A DNA stretch of 63,910 nt, counting the filler, from Craspedostauros australis (Eukaryota): the NCBI GenBank assembly GCA_030167865.1. It is 17 parts of 17 records of this genome, joined end to end, with 100 filler letters (N's around TTAATTAATTAA, not from the genome) between each part and the next. Parts side by side here need not be neighbours in the genome. Positions count along the whole stretch, not along the records: positions 21,676 to 24,997 come from JALAGF010006266.1; positions 25,098 to 27,908 come from JALAGF010006267.1; positions 28,009 to 29,866 come from JALAGF010006268.1; positions 29,967 to 32,232 come from JALAGF010006269.1; positions 32,333 to 40,017 come from JALAGF010006270.1; 12 more parts are not named here. One strand, given 5' to 3'. The translations under genes and the position numbers were made by a program. Of the stretch, positions 21,676 to 32,885 are shown in pieces. Position 1 is the stretch's first letter. Every line of letters begins with the position of its first letter. The notes below the pieces were generated by a model, which had not been told where the DNA came from, searched no databases, and saw only the letters and a list, made by a program, of their open reading frames with translations.

Positions 21676-24600
21676 ATGGTGGGCCATGGTATGGTCCCCG
21701 GTGGGTGCGTTCCGAGTGGTTATAGGTCGCCAATGCAAATTTAAGGGATCCTCCGGTCAAATTTGGTGATACATATGAAGTTGAATATTCAGCACCACTG
21801 AATATCGTGTTCTGGCCAGAAGTGCATAGGAATGGTCAATGCGCGAGCAAACCAACAATGGTGGGCCATGGTATGGTCCCCGGTGGGTGCGTTCCGAGTG
21901 GTTATAGACCGTAATTGCATATTTAGGAGTCACTCCGTCCAATTTCGTGATTCATATGACAGTGAATATTCAGCACCACTGAATATCGTGTTCTGGACAG
22001 AAGTGCATAGGAATGATCAATGCGCGGGCAAACCAACAACGGTGGACGATGGTATGGTCCCCAATGAGTGCGTTCCAAGTGGTTATAGGTCATTATTACG
22101 TATTTAGAGGTCCCTCCGTCCAATTTTGGTGATTCATATGAAGTTGAATATTCAGCACCACTGAATATCATGTTCTGGATAGATGTACATAGGAATGGTC
22201 AATGCGCGAGCAAACCAACAACGGGGGACGATGGTATGGTCCCCGATGGGTGCGTTCCAAGTTGTTATAGGTCGTCATTGCATATTTAGGAGTCACTCCG
22301 TCCAATTTCGTGATTCATATGACAGTGAATATTCAGCACCACTGAATATCGTGTTCTGGATAGATGTACATAGGAATGGTCAATGCGCGAGCAAACCAAC
22401 GATGGTGGGCCATGGTATGGTCCCCGATGGGTGCGTTCCGAGTGGTTATAGGCCGCCATTACGTATTTAGAGGTCCCTCCGTCCAATTTTGGTGATACAT
22501 ATGACAGTGAATATTCAGCACCACTGAATATCGTGTTCTGGACAGATGTACATAGGAACGATCAATGCGCGAGCAAACCAACGATGGTGGNNNNNNNNNN
22601 NNNNNNNNNNNNNNNNNNNNNNNNNNNNNNNNNNNNNNNNTATTCAGCACCACTGAATATCGTGTTCTGGATAGATGTACATAGGAATGGTCAATGCGCG
22701 AGCAAACCAACGATGGTGGGCCATAGTATGGTCCCCAATGGGTGCGTTCCGAGTGGTTATAGACCGTAATTGCATATTTAGGAGTCACTCCGTCCAATTT
22801 GGTGATACATATGAAGTTGAATATTCAGCACCACTGAATATCGTGTTCTGGACAGAAGTGCATAGGAATGATCAATGCGCGAGCAAACCAACAACGGGGG
22901 ACGATGGTATGGTCCCCAATGAGTGCGTTCCAAGTGGTTATAGGTCATTATTACGTATTTATAGGATCCTCCGGTCCAATTTCGTGATTCATATGACAGT
23001 GAATATTCAGCACCACTGAATATCGTGTTCTGGACAGATGTACATAGGAATGGTCAATGCGCGAGCAAACCAACGATGGTGGGCCATGGTATGGTCCCCA
23101 ATGGGTGCGTTCCGAGTGGTTATAGGCCGTCATTGCATATTTAAGGGGTCCTGCGGTCAAATTTGGTGATACACTCGAAGTTGAATATTCAGCACCACTG
23201 AATATCGTGTTCTTGCCAGAAGTGCATAGGAATGATCAATGCGCGAGCAAACCAACAATGGTGGGCCATGGTATGGTCCCCGGTGGGTGCGTTCCGAGTG
23301 GTTATAGGCCGTCATTACGTATGTATAGGATCCTCCAGTCATATTTGGTGATACATATGATGGTGAATATTCAGCACCACTGAATATCGTGTTCTGGACA
23401 GATGTACATAGGAACGATCAATGCGCGAGCAAACCAACGATGGTGGGCCATGGTATGGTCCCCAATGGGTGCGTTCCAAGTGGTTATAGGTCGTCATTGC
23501 ATATTTAGGAGTCACTCCGTCCAATTTGGTGATTCATATGAAGTTGAATATTCAGCACCACTGAATATCGTGTTCTGGACAGAAGTGCATAGGAATGATC
23601 AATGCGCGGGCAAACCAACAACGGGGGACGATGGTATGGTCCCCAATGGGTGCGTTCCAAGTTGTTATAGGCCGTCATTGCATATTTAAGGGGNNNNNNN
23701 NNNNNNNNNNNNNNNNNNNNNGAAGTTGAATATTCAGCACCACTGAATATCGTGTTCTGGCTAGAAGTGCATAGGAATGATCAATGCGCGAGCAAACCAA
23801 CGATGGTGGACGATGGTATGGTCCCCAATGGGTGCGTTCCGAGTGGTTATAGACCGTAATTGCATATTTAGGAGTCACTCCGTCCAATTTCGTGATTCAT
23901 ATGANNNTGAATATTCAGCACCACTGAATATCGTGTTCTGGNNAGAAGTGCATAGGAATGGTCAATGCGCGAGCAAACCAACGATGGTGGGCCATGGTAT
24001 GGTCCCCAATGGGTGTGTTACAAGTGGTTATAGGTCGTCATTGCATATTTAGGGGTCCTGAGGTCCAATTTCGTGATTCATATGACTGTGAATATTCAGC
24101 ACCACTGAATATCGTGTTCTGGACAGAAGTGCATAGGAATGATCAATGCGCGAGCAAACCAACGATTGTGGGCCATGGTATGGTCCCCGGTGGGTGCGTT
24201 CCGAGTGGTTATAGATCGTCATTGCATATTTAGGAGTCACTCCGTCCAATTTCGTGATTCATATGACAGTGAATATTCAGCACCACTGAATATCGTGTTC
24301 TGGACAGAAGTGCATAGGAATGATCAATGCGCGGGCAAACCAACAACGGGGGGCGATGGTATGGTCCCCAATGAGTGCGTTCCAAGTGGTAATAGGTCGC
24401 CAATGCAAATTTAAGGGATCCTCCGGTCCAATTTCGTGATTCATATGACTGTGAATATTCAGCACCACTGAATATCGTGTTCTGGATAGATGTACATAGG
24501 AATGGTCAATGCGCGAGCAAACCAACAATGGTGGGCCATGGTATGGTCCCCGGTGGGTGCGTTCCGAGTGGTTATAGGTCGCCAATGCAAATTTAAGGGA

Positions 24601-24997
24601 TCCTCCGGTCAAATTTGGTGATACATATGAAGTTGAATATTCAGCACCACTGAATATCGTGTTCTGGACAGATGTACATAGGAACGATCAATGCGCGAGC
24701 AAACCAACGATGGTGAGCCATGGTATGGTCCTCAATGGGTGCGTTCCGAGTGGTTATAGGCCGCCATTGCATGTTTAGGGGTCCTGAGGTCCAATTTGGT
24801 GATTCATATGAAGTTGAATATTCAGCACCACTGAATATCGTGTTCTGGACAGAAGTGCATAGGAATGATCAATGCGCGGGCAAACCAACAACGGGGGACG
24901 ATGGTATGGTCCCCAATGGGTGCGTTCCGAGTGGTTATAGGCCGCCATTGCATGTTTAGGGGTCCTGAGGTCCAATTTGGTGATTCATATGAAGTTG
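21676..24997. repeat. Satellite DNA, ~181-182-bp monomer, about 18 copies filling the whole scaffold
   Basis: Period of 182 nt (21676 to 21858). A near-invariant core TGAATATTCAGCACCACTGAATATCGTGTTC recurs in the units. Confidence 0.97.
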
Positions 24998-25097
24998 NNN
25001 NNNNNNNNNNNNNNNNNNNNNNNNNNNNNNNNNNNNNNNNNTTAATTAATTAANNNNNNNNNNNNNNNNNNNNNNNNNNNNNNNNNNNNNNNNNNNN

Positions 25098-25382
25098 AAG
25101 TACTCATGGAGTAGAAGCCAGTACTGAATGAACGGAGTGTCGAATGCGGAGTACGCATCGAACACGGAGTATCGTGTAGCATGAGCACACGATGTTGAGA
25201 GAGAAAGAGAGAGAGAATACAGAGAGGAGCGAGAGAGGATCTTGCGTACCGACTCATAGTTGGAGACCGAATCTGCGAAACAGATTGAAGCGCCGAGAGC
25301 ATCGGGCAAGACAACTGGTGTACACCGAGAGGATCGGAGTAACCAAGTAATGAAATAGCAAACAGACGACTATCAACCAACA
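25098..25382 (+). mobile_element. LTR-like fragment
   Basis: Non-coding and purine-rich, ends ..AACCAACA, and shares the 19-mer AACACGGAGTATCGTGTAG with the repeat at 53064-53404. Confidence 0.35.
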
Positions 25383-26278
25383 CCATCTTCCACGATCGTA
25401 GGTTACCGTGAGCGGAACTTGCCAACAATGATCAGCAGTGCCCACCCAAGGTTACACCCTTTAGCTTGGCTCCTTTCGTCTGCATCTCCATCTTGCGTTC
25501 ATCGTGGTTCATCGCTTGCTTAGCTGAGGGTTGGAGAGTACCTACATTCATCAAGTCCATACTCGTAGACCTGTAGGTACCTCTCCTTCGGTCTCCTGTC
25601 ATCTCACTGGTCCCACTTCATTTCAGTTCCTCCCTCCGGTCNNNNNNNNNNNNNNNNNNNNNNNNNNNNNNNNNNNNNNNNNNNNNNNNNNNNNNNNNNN
25701 NNNNNNNNNNNNNNNNNNNNNNNNNNNNNNNNNNNNNNNNNNNNNNNNNNNNNNNNNNNNNNNNNNNNNGCGTCGACTTGTTCAGATATATTGGTTGTCG
25801 CGCTCATTCGATTCACTCAGGGCTGGTGTGTTGCCCTCGTCATAGATCTCTCGGTTCCCAACCGTTATCGGGACATGGCCGAGTAGGCCACTGGATGAGG
25901 GTGCTTGGATGTCGCATAAGACAGGTAAGGCCATTGGGCTGTCCGAGTGCNNNNNNNNNNNNNNNNNNNNNNNNNNNNNNNNNNAGATGCTATTGGGGGT
26001 TGCGGCAATCATGGGTATCTTTGCACTTAATACCATTCCGGTTCCAGTCAGTCCTCATGGGAGCTGCGGTAGAATAAGGTATCTTTGCAAAGTCGTACCC
26101 CCGATTCCTGACAAGTAGGCATCCTTCTGCTCTCCAGATGTCACGTTCCATTGGTGATGCAGTGGTCTGTAAGATGATATTGTCATCTGAGGTTTAGTTG
26201 GGAGGTACCTCAAGATTCGCTTGGTACCATACGTCTCCATCGATGGATGGACGGACGATATCCGTAAGGAATTTTTCG

Positions 26279-26394
26279 GGACTGAGGAGTCCACTTACGG
26301 CTAAGTGGACTCCTCAGTCCACTTACCATTTTTGTTGTTTTGTAAGTGGACTCCTCAGTCCAGTTACCGTAAGTGGACTGAGGAGTCCACTTAC
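26279..26394. repeat. Four quasi-palindromic ~25-bp motifs in mixed orientation (putative transposon subterminal repeats)
   Basis: TAAGTGGACT-(CCTC/GAGG)-AGTCCACTTA at about 26279 (partial), 26302, 26343 and 26370, lying about 320 bp upstream of a transposase-like ORF. Confidence 0.85.
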
Positions 26395-26709
26395 GACCAC
26401 AAAAAAAGTAGTCGAATTTCGCTGTTCTGAGAAAAGACTACTTCGACCACTTCACCTCCTCCAAATTCCCAGTTCCTCTTGATTGCGTTCTGACTGTGAT
26501 GCTGGCGTCGTGTTTTGTCGTGTTGATTTACGTGTTGCCAACCGCATCCTTGGACTTCAATGGACTTGCAGATGACAACACAGGAACTTTGGATGCGACA
26601 ACAAGCTTTCCATCGTCCGCTTCAGCGACATCACCGTTGTTCATTGTCACACGCTCCTCCAATACAATACTGTTTAGTTGTCCACCAGCATCAAGGAGCT
26701 TGCTTCATC

Positions 26710-27908
26710 ATGAGTACTTTGCCTGCCATCACAGCTCTCATCGAGCACATGGCAGATACCACCAACCACAGTGATTATGACACTGACAGCTCATGCGAAG
26801 ACCGGGTCGTCGATACCCCAAGCGATCTTGACAGTGACGATGACGACGACGTCCTTGGTGTCCACAACAAAAGCAATGTTGACACCAACAATGTTGATAC
26901 TGGAGTCTACCGCATTGGCAATGCTCATGTGGTCAATGGTGCATCAGCAGCCACTCTGATCTCTGCCATCGTCCCTGCCACCAACGCCATTGTCCCCAAC
27001 AACACTCACACCAACACATCCACAACCGGCACAACTGCAACCAGCACAACTGCAACCAGCACATCCAAAACTGTTGAACAACCAGCTCTGACAGAAGCAG
27101 AACGAGTTGCTTCTATGGGCCTGCAATGGAAGCTGCTGGATCCCAACACTGCAGAGTTTTGCGTCTCTGTGGGGAAGGCCCGGCAGCAAACCTACACTCT
27201 GCTGTGCGACGAGGTGAAACATCTTCGCTCCTCCTCATCCGATCTGTGCAACACCGCATCACCTACCCCTGCGCATTTGGTTGATCTATTGCTAGGTTTG
27301 GCATCGCCCATATACCTTTCAGCATTTTCAGCTTCGCCGATCAAGATGTCTCCATATGAGTACTTTCAATTCCTCCTCGCATTTGCATGCCAGGTAAAAC
27401 AGCGCTCCACTGTCAGAGACCTTTACGATGCAAACAACTTCGAGAACATCCCTGACTTCCCCTCTTCTGCTGTGTACTACGAATTGTGGCGTCGAATCGA
27501 AGTGGATGGCAACTCCAAGCAGAAACGTAAGCGCTATTTTTGGAGCGAACTTCAAAAGAGTTGCAACACTCTCCTGGAGAAGATCTCATTGCGCGATGCA
27601 AAAATGAAATGCGTCATCACACTTGACGACGACAAGGTCCATTCGCATAGCAAAGGGATGACAAGTGGCCTCACCATCAAGCGTCACACTCAGGCGAATC
27701 GACCAGGGTAAGTCACGAGCCGAAATGGGGTTGTCAACAGGTTGCATTTGTTGTATTATTTGCATTCATCCTCTCACTGCCTTTTTTCTTGTACAACACA
27801 GTCCTGTGGCCATCGCAGGTGTCCTGACAGCTTCCTCTATGCCCTGCACCATGGCCTTCCTCAGAGAGCGGCACCAAGACAACTGTGAATCTACAATGGA
27901 AATAATCA
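26710..27908 (+). mobile_element. Divergent piggyBac-like transposase, N-terminal half, with intron 27708-27801; truncated by scaffold end
   Basis: Acidic/Thr-rich N-terminus, then FWSELQKSCN..CVITLDDDKVH..KRHTQANRPG. A GG|GTAAGT..ACACAG|T splice continues in frame as GPVAIAGVLTASSMPCTMAFLRERHQD. A homologous, decayed copy lies at 53405-53850. Confidence 0.55.
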
Positions 27909-28008
27909 NNNNNNNNNNNNNNNNNNNNNNNNNNNNNNNNNNNNNNNNNNNNTTAATTAATTAANNNNNNNNNNNNNNNNNNNNNNNNNNNNNNNNNNNN
28001 NNNNNNNN

Positions 28009-29866
28009 TGCACACACGGACGGCAAGCCAATCATCTTCCGTGGAGACAACAGCGGAGAGAACAAGGCATCCGAGGTCCATCTGCTCGAAGCCGGATTCG
28101 ACGTCACATTCGAATACACGGCATCCAACACACCACAGCAGAACGGCAGAGTGGAGCGCAAGTTTGCATACTTGTACACGAAGATGCGATCCATGCTGAA
28201 CGGCGCCCAGCTCAACGAAGAGCACAGACATGGGCTATGGGCTGCAGCAGCCAACGTCGCGACCGCGGTCGCCAACATCACCGTGGCGAAGGGACAGACC
28301 AAGTCGCCACACCATCTATTCTTCGGAGAGGATCCGAAGTATGCAAGCGGACTACGTACCTTCGGCGAAGTCGGAGTCGTCAAGACGGCCTATGGAGGCA
28401 TGACGGCGAAACTCCAGAACAGAGGCGAGGCGATGTTGTTCGTCAGATATGCTCCACAGCATGGATCCGGCGTCTACAACATGTACCGTCCATCCACCAA
28501 GTCCATCGTTTGCACCAGAGACGTGAAATGGCTCAACAGATCGTACGGGCACTTCAAGGGTTGGACCTACGGCACGGACGATGGGAAGCCGGAAGGGAGT
28601 CAGATCGTCGCAACCGATGCCGAGCACCCAACGGAGACCGACGATGACAGATTCATCCTGGTCGGAAGGGAAGGGACAGCGCCGTCCCACACAGCTCGAA
28701 CCAAGCCAAAGCGACGCTCTGTATCATTCGCCGACGCGAATTCCTACCACGTCCTCTCAGACGACGACGATGAGGACGATGACGACACCAACAACAACGC
28801 GAGTGCGAAGAAGGACTCACCAGGTCTCGCGAGCGAGACGACGACCACACCAGTGGACNNNNNNNNNNNNNNNNNNNNNNNNNNNNNNNNNNNNNNNNNN
28901 NNNNNNNNCGACGACGACACAGTGAGCGACATCGAACATGTTGCCCCACCGAGTGTCCCGCCAAGCATCCTCCGCACTCCGCCAACATCACGTAAGCGTT
29001 CGCACGAGGCGAACAACGATCCAAAAATTAGTCGCACCACGACTGCTGATCCCCCAAAACGACCAAGCAAGCGCGATACCGCTCGCAGCGAGCGACAACA
29101 GCGATACATCGAGCGAAGCAAGCATCAAGCAAAAACGAATGCGAAGTCGCGTGCGTCGCTGCCATCCAACGTGAAAGGAAAGAGCGAATTGCGCAATCTT
29201 GCGAACTACAACAAGCCAGGAAAGAAAGAGAAGCATGAAGGCAAACGGTTCACAACCAACCTATCCGTCTTCAATAGGGGAAGCGACACCGACGACGACA
29301 AGAGCAACACAGACCACGATCAGGACAGCAGCGAGGAGACCAACGACGATGACGAAATCAATGACGACACCACCGACGAGAATGAGGAGAACGACGAAGC
29401 TACGGACGACGAAGACAGCGACTCCCCTCCATCGGACATCACCAACGCAGTTACGGATGCTCTATTCGGTAACAACGCAATCAGCACCGACGATGTCGAG
29501 ACAGAGATCTGCGCAACCACCCAAGATGAGACAGGAGAGACACCGACACACATCGAGCCATCAACCTTCGACCAAGCATTCAACCATCCGAATGCAACAC
29601 ACCGGAAGGGCTACAGAGCTGCCATCGCAAAGGAGTTNNGTTCGATGGATGCTCGATCCGTCTACAGCAAGATCAAGCGCTCATCGATTCCAAGAGACCG
29701 CAGATGCTGCAAGTGCAAATGGGTGTTTAAATTAAAGCGCAATGGAACCTATCGAGCGCGTCTGGTGGCTTGCGGCTACTCACAGATTGCAGGAGTGGAC
29801 TACCAAGAGCACCACTCGCCTGTCATCCACGACGTCACGTACCGTGTGATGATGGTGATCATGATG
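28009..29866 (+). mobile_element. pol: Ty1/copia pol fragment: integrase C-terminal part, spacer and start of reverse transcriptase
   Basis: RGDNSGEN..FEYTASNTPQQNGRVERKF (integrase), LRTFGE, then EPSTFDQAFNHP..CKWVFKLKRNGTYRARLVACGYSQIAGVDY (RT). The IN-before-RT order is Copia. Confidence 0.93.
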
Positions 29867-29966
29867 NNNNNNNNNNNNNNNNNNNNNNNNNNNNNNNNNN
29901 NNNNNNNNNNTTAATTAATTAANNNNNNNNNNNNNNNNNNNNNNNNNNNNNNNNNNNNNNNNNNNN

Positions 29967-31460
29967 GCTAGTTGTAGAGTTTGGGGAGAAGCGGCGAGTT
30001 CGCGTTTACATCCATTCTACCCTATGTTTGCCTGATCCGTCATCTACGTCACCAGACTGGCTGCTGCGTCATGAACCACCAATCATAGCACGATGTGAAT
30101 CATCCTTGGCTACGTTTCGTCGTAACAGAATGGTTGAGTTGCATTGGTACTCTCGAAGTGTTTTGTGTGATGCTTCTTTCGTACATTTGGTAAGNNNNNN
30201 NNNNNNNNNNNNNNNNNNNNNNNNNNNNNNNNNNNNNNNNNNNNNNNNNNNNNNNNNNNNNNNNNNNNNNNNNNNNNNNNNNNNNNNNNNNNNNNNNNNN
30301 NNNNNNNNNNNNNNNNNNNNNNNNNNNNNNNNNNNNNNNNNNNNNNNNNNNNNNNNNNNNNNNNNNNTCACCGCCATGCAACCCTTGGTGGGAGGACGAG
30401 CGGAGGCTGCGAGAGCGGTTGATTTGGGGCCGCCGCAGCCCTCCGCGCAAACGTCTCCAAATTGCGGCAGATAAGCTTGTTGGATGCAGCCTGTGTATTC
30501 CATGCACAGGCCACACCAACACCTGCAAATGGGCAAGGCGCATCCAGGAGGGCATCGCCAACGCGCCCATGAAGTCTCAGGCTTGGGGAGGACCAGGAAG
30601 GCATCCGCGCGGAGGAATTGGTGGAGGGCAAGAGTTTTGTTGGTGGGGTCGCGGTGTACCTGGCATGTGTCTTTCGCAGTGAGGGGACAGCATCATCGAG
30701 CTGCCCAATCGCCAAGTCACCCATACAAGGCCCGTGCGGCATCGCCTGAAGATGCACGTCGCGGAGTTCGAGCTGCTGCAATGGTCTGGAAGAGGCTGTG
30801 GCATGGAATGAGTGCAGACAGGTCCGTTTTGGTGGGGCACCCCAAATCACCAGTGCCATCACCAAATGGAGGTGTGCCATTGGGACCATCCATGCCCATC
30901 CCACTCTGGATGCATCAGCGTGTCGGCAGGGAGTGTGGGAATGCACGAGGGGCGCATGGAGGGGCTGAAAGGGTCATGTGGATGTGATATGGATCCGTAT
31001 CCACACTGCATCCGGCTTGCAAATCGTTTTTTGACATCGCTCTTTTTCAGTGTATGGACACTTTGGGGTATGCAATGTGGCATAAACGTTCTGTCCTTCA
31101 TGGAGTGGATAGATGGAGAACATACAGAGCCATTGTGATGCGCAGTTTGCCAAAATACAAGCATGATGATGATGATCATGGGTGCTGAGTGGAGGGCAAC
31201 ATTGCTTGATCGAATTTTTTTTCCATCCACCACGCAACTGTGTGGTGGACCAACATGAAATTAAAAATAGCTTCTATGTCAATTTAACTTCAATATTCTG
31301 AATAAACGAAAGTCAGGCGTATGAATGCACTGTTTATATTTGATTGTAAACAATGTGTTGTTGAGATATAGCATGATAAGCAGATATTTGGATGGTTTTG
31401 GGGTGGGCTCTAGATAGTCTACATATCACGACCCATCGCCCACAAAACTCCACAACTAGC
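29967..31460. mobile_element. ~1.5-kb putative non-autonomous DNA transposon bounded by 16-bp inverted repeats
   Basis: GCTAGTTGTAGAGTTT (29967-29982) matches the reverse complement of 31445-31460, GCTAGTTGTGGAGTTT, with one mismatch. No intact ORF inside. Confidence 0.55.
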
Positions 31461-31809
31461 GTTATCGTGGTGATGCACAGCCATCACAAAATTTCCGTCT
31501 CATCACCCAACACAGCCTCACTTTCTGTGTTGGCCTTCATTGTGTGAGCATCACACCACATCTGCTGGTCCAATTCCTCTTCCTCTCTCTGCAACTCCTC
31601 TTCTCTCTGCTCCTCCTCTGTTGCAGCTGGTGCATTGGAGGTCGCCACANNNNNNNNNNNNNNNNNNNNNNNNNNNNNNNNNNNNNNNNNNNNNNNNNNT
31701 GATAAGCAGATATTTGGATGGTTTTGGGGTGGGCTCTAGATAGTCTACATATCACGACCCATCGCCCACAAAACTCCACAACTAGCGTTATCGTGGTGAT
31801 GCACAGCCA

Positions 31810-32232
31810 TCACAAAATTTCCGTCTCATCACCCAACACAGCCTCACTTTCTGTGTTGGCCTTCATTGTGTGAGCATCACACCACATCTGNNNNNNNNNN
31901 NNNNNNNNNNNNNNNNNNNNNNNNNNNNNNNNNNNNNNNNNNNNNNNNNNNNNNNNNNNNNNNNNNNNNNNNNNNATTGCAGGTGCAGGTGCTATTGCTT
32001 TGCTTGTTGTTTTGGCTTCTGTCTTGATGGGAGCAGCCTCCTTCTTCTGTTTGCGTTGTTTGGCACTGTACGCTGCAAACAGTGATGCTTTCACGCGCAT
32101 GGGGTGAGCATGCAGTTGTACGTACCAGTCAGTTTTGGCCCGTTCATCGTCCATCAATTGCTCATGTGCTTCGTGTTCGGATGGTCTGTTTTTCGGGTCC
32201 TTCGCGGACGCTTCACTGATGTCCTTCAATTT
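31810..32232 (-). pseudogene. C-terminal relic homologous to the transposase-like ORF at 40118-41332
   Basis: KDPKNRPSEHEAHEQLM..TDWYVQLHAHPMRVK..MWCDAHTMKA aligns with KDPKNRPTEHEAHRRLM..TDWFTQLHGSPMRVK..MWCEANTTKA. Confidence 0.75.
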
Positions 32233-32885
32233 NNNNNNNNNNNNNNNNNNNNNNNNNNNNNNNNNNNNNNNNNNNNTTAATTAATTAANNNNNNNNNNNN
32301 NNNNNNNNNNNNNNNNNNNNNNNNNNNNNNNNATGCTCCTTCACATTCCATATTCCGTTGATGATGTAGATGGGAGGCAAAGGTATTGTCATTTTGGGTA
32401 TAGTTGTGAAATATTTTGACCTGGACTTGATGTCACTTGTTTCTGTCGAATGGATGGACAGACCAAATATCTGATGCTCTCAGATAATGTTGTTCACCCA
32501 TTGCCTTCCGAAATGGTGAACACATTGGCGCGCGTNNNNNNNNNNNNNNNNNNNNNNNNNNNNNNNNNNNNNNNNNNNNGAATGTTAGCGCCGTTTGCAC
32601 AGAGAGTACAAGAGAACAATGGGTGAGTAATGCACATACACCTATGCACATTCCGACACACAAACAACACGAAAACAAAGACGCGAAAGACTACTCTTTC
32701 CCATTCAGTGATGGAGGTGATTGTGCACGTCATGTTAGAATAACAAAGATAGCAGTTGGCAAACAATCCAGATCTATTATGCAGAAAAGCATAGTCCGCG
32801 TGACCCTTCCACCGAGAAGACGTATGTAGGACCAGTACTAAAAAATTTACGTAGAACGTGTACAATCACTACCAGAACAAAAACA

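Noticed and set aside
21676..24997. CRISPR-like array (hairpin repeat plus spacers) or a repeat-encoded peptide family
   Set aside because: The sequence between cores is homologous in every unit rather than unique, and there are no cas genes. The 181-182-nt period is not a multiple of 3, so the short ORFs are incidental.
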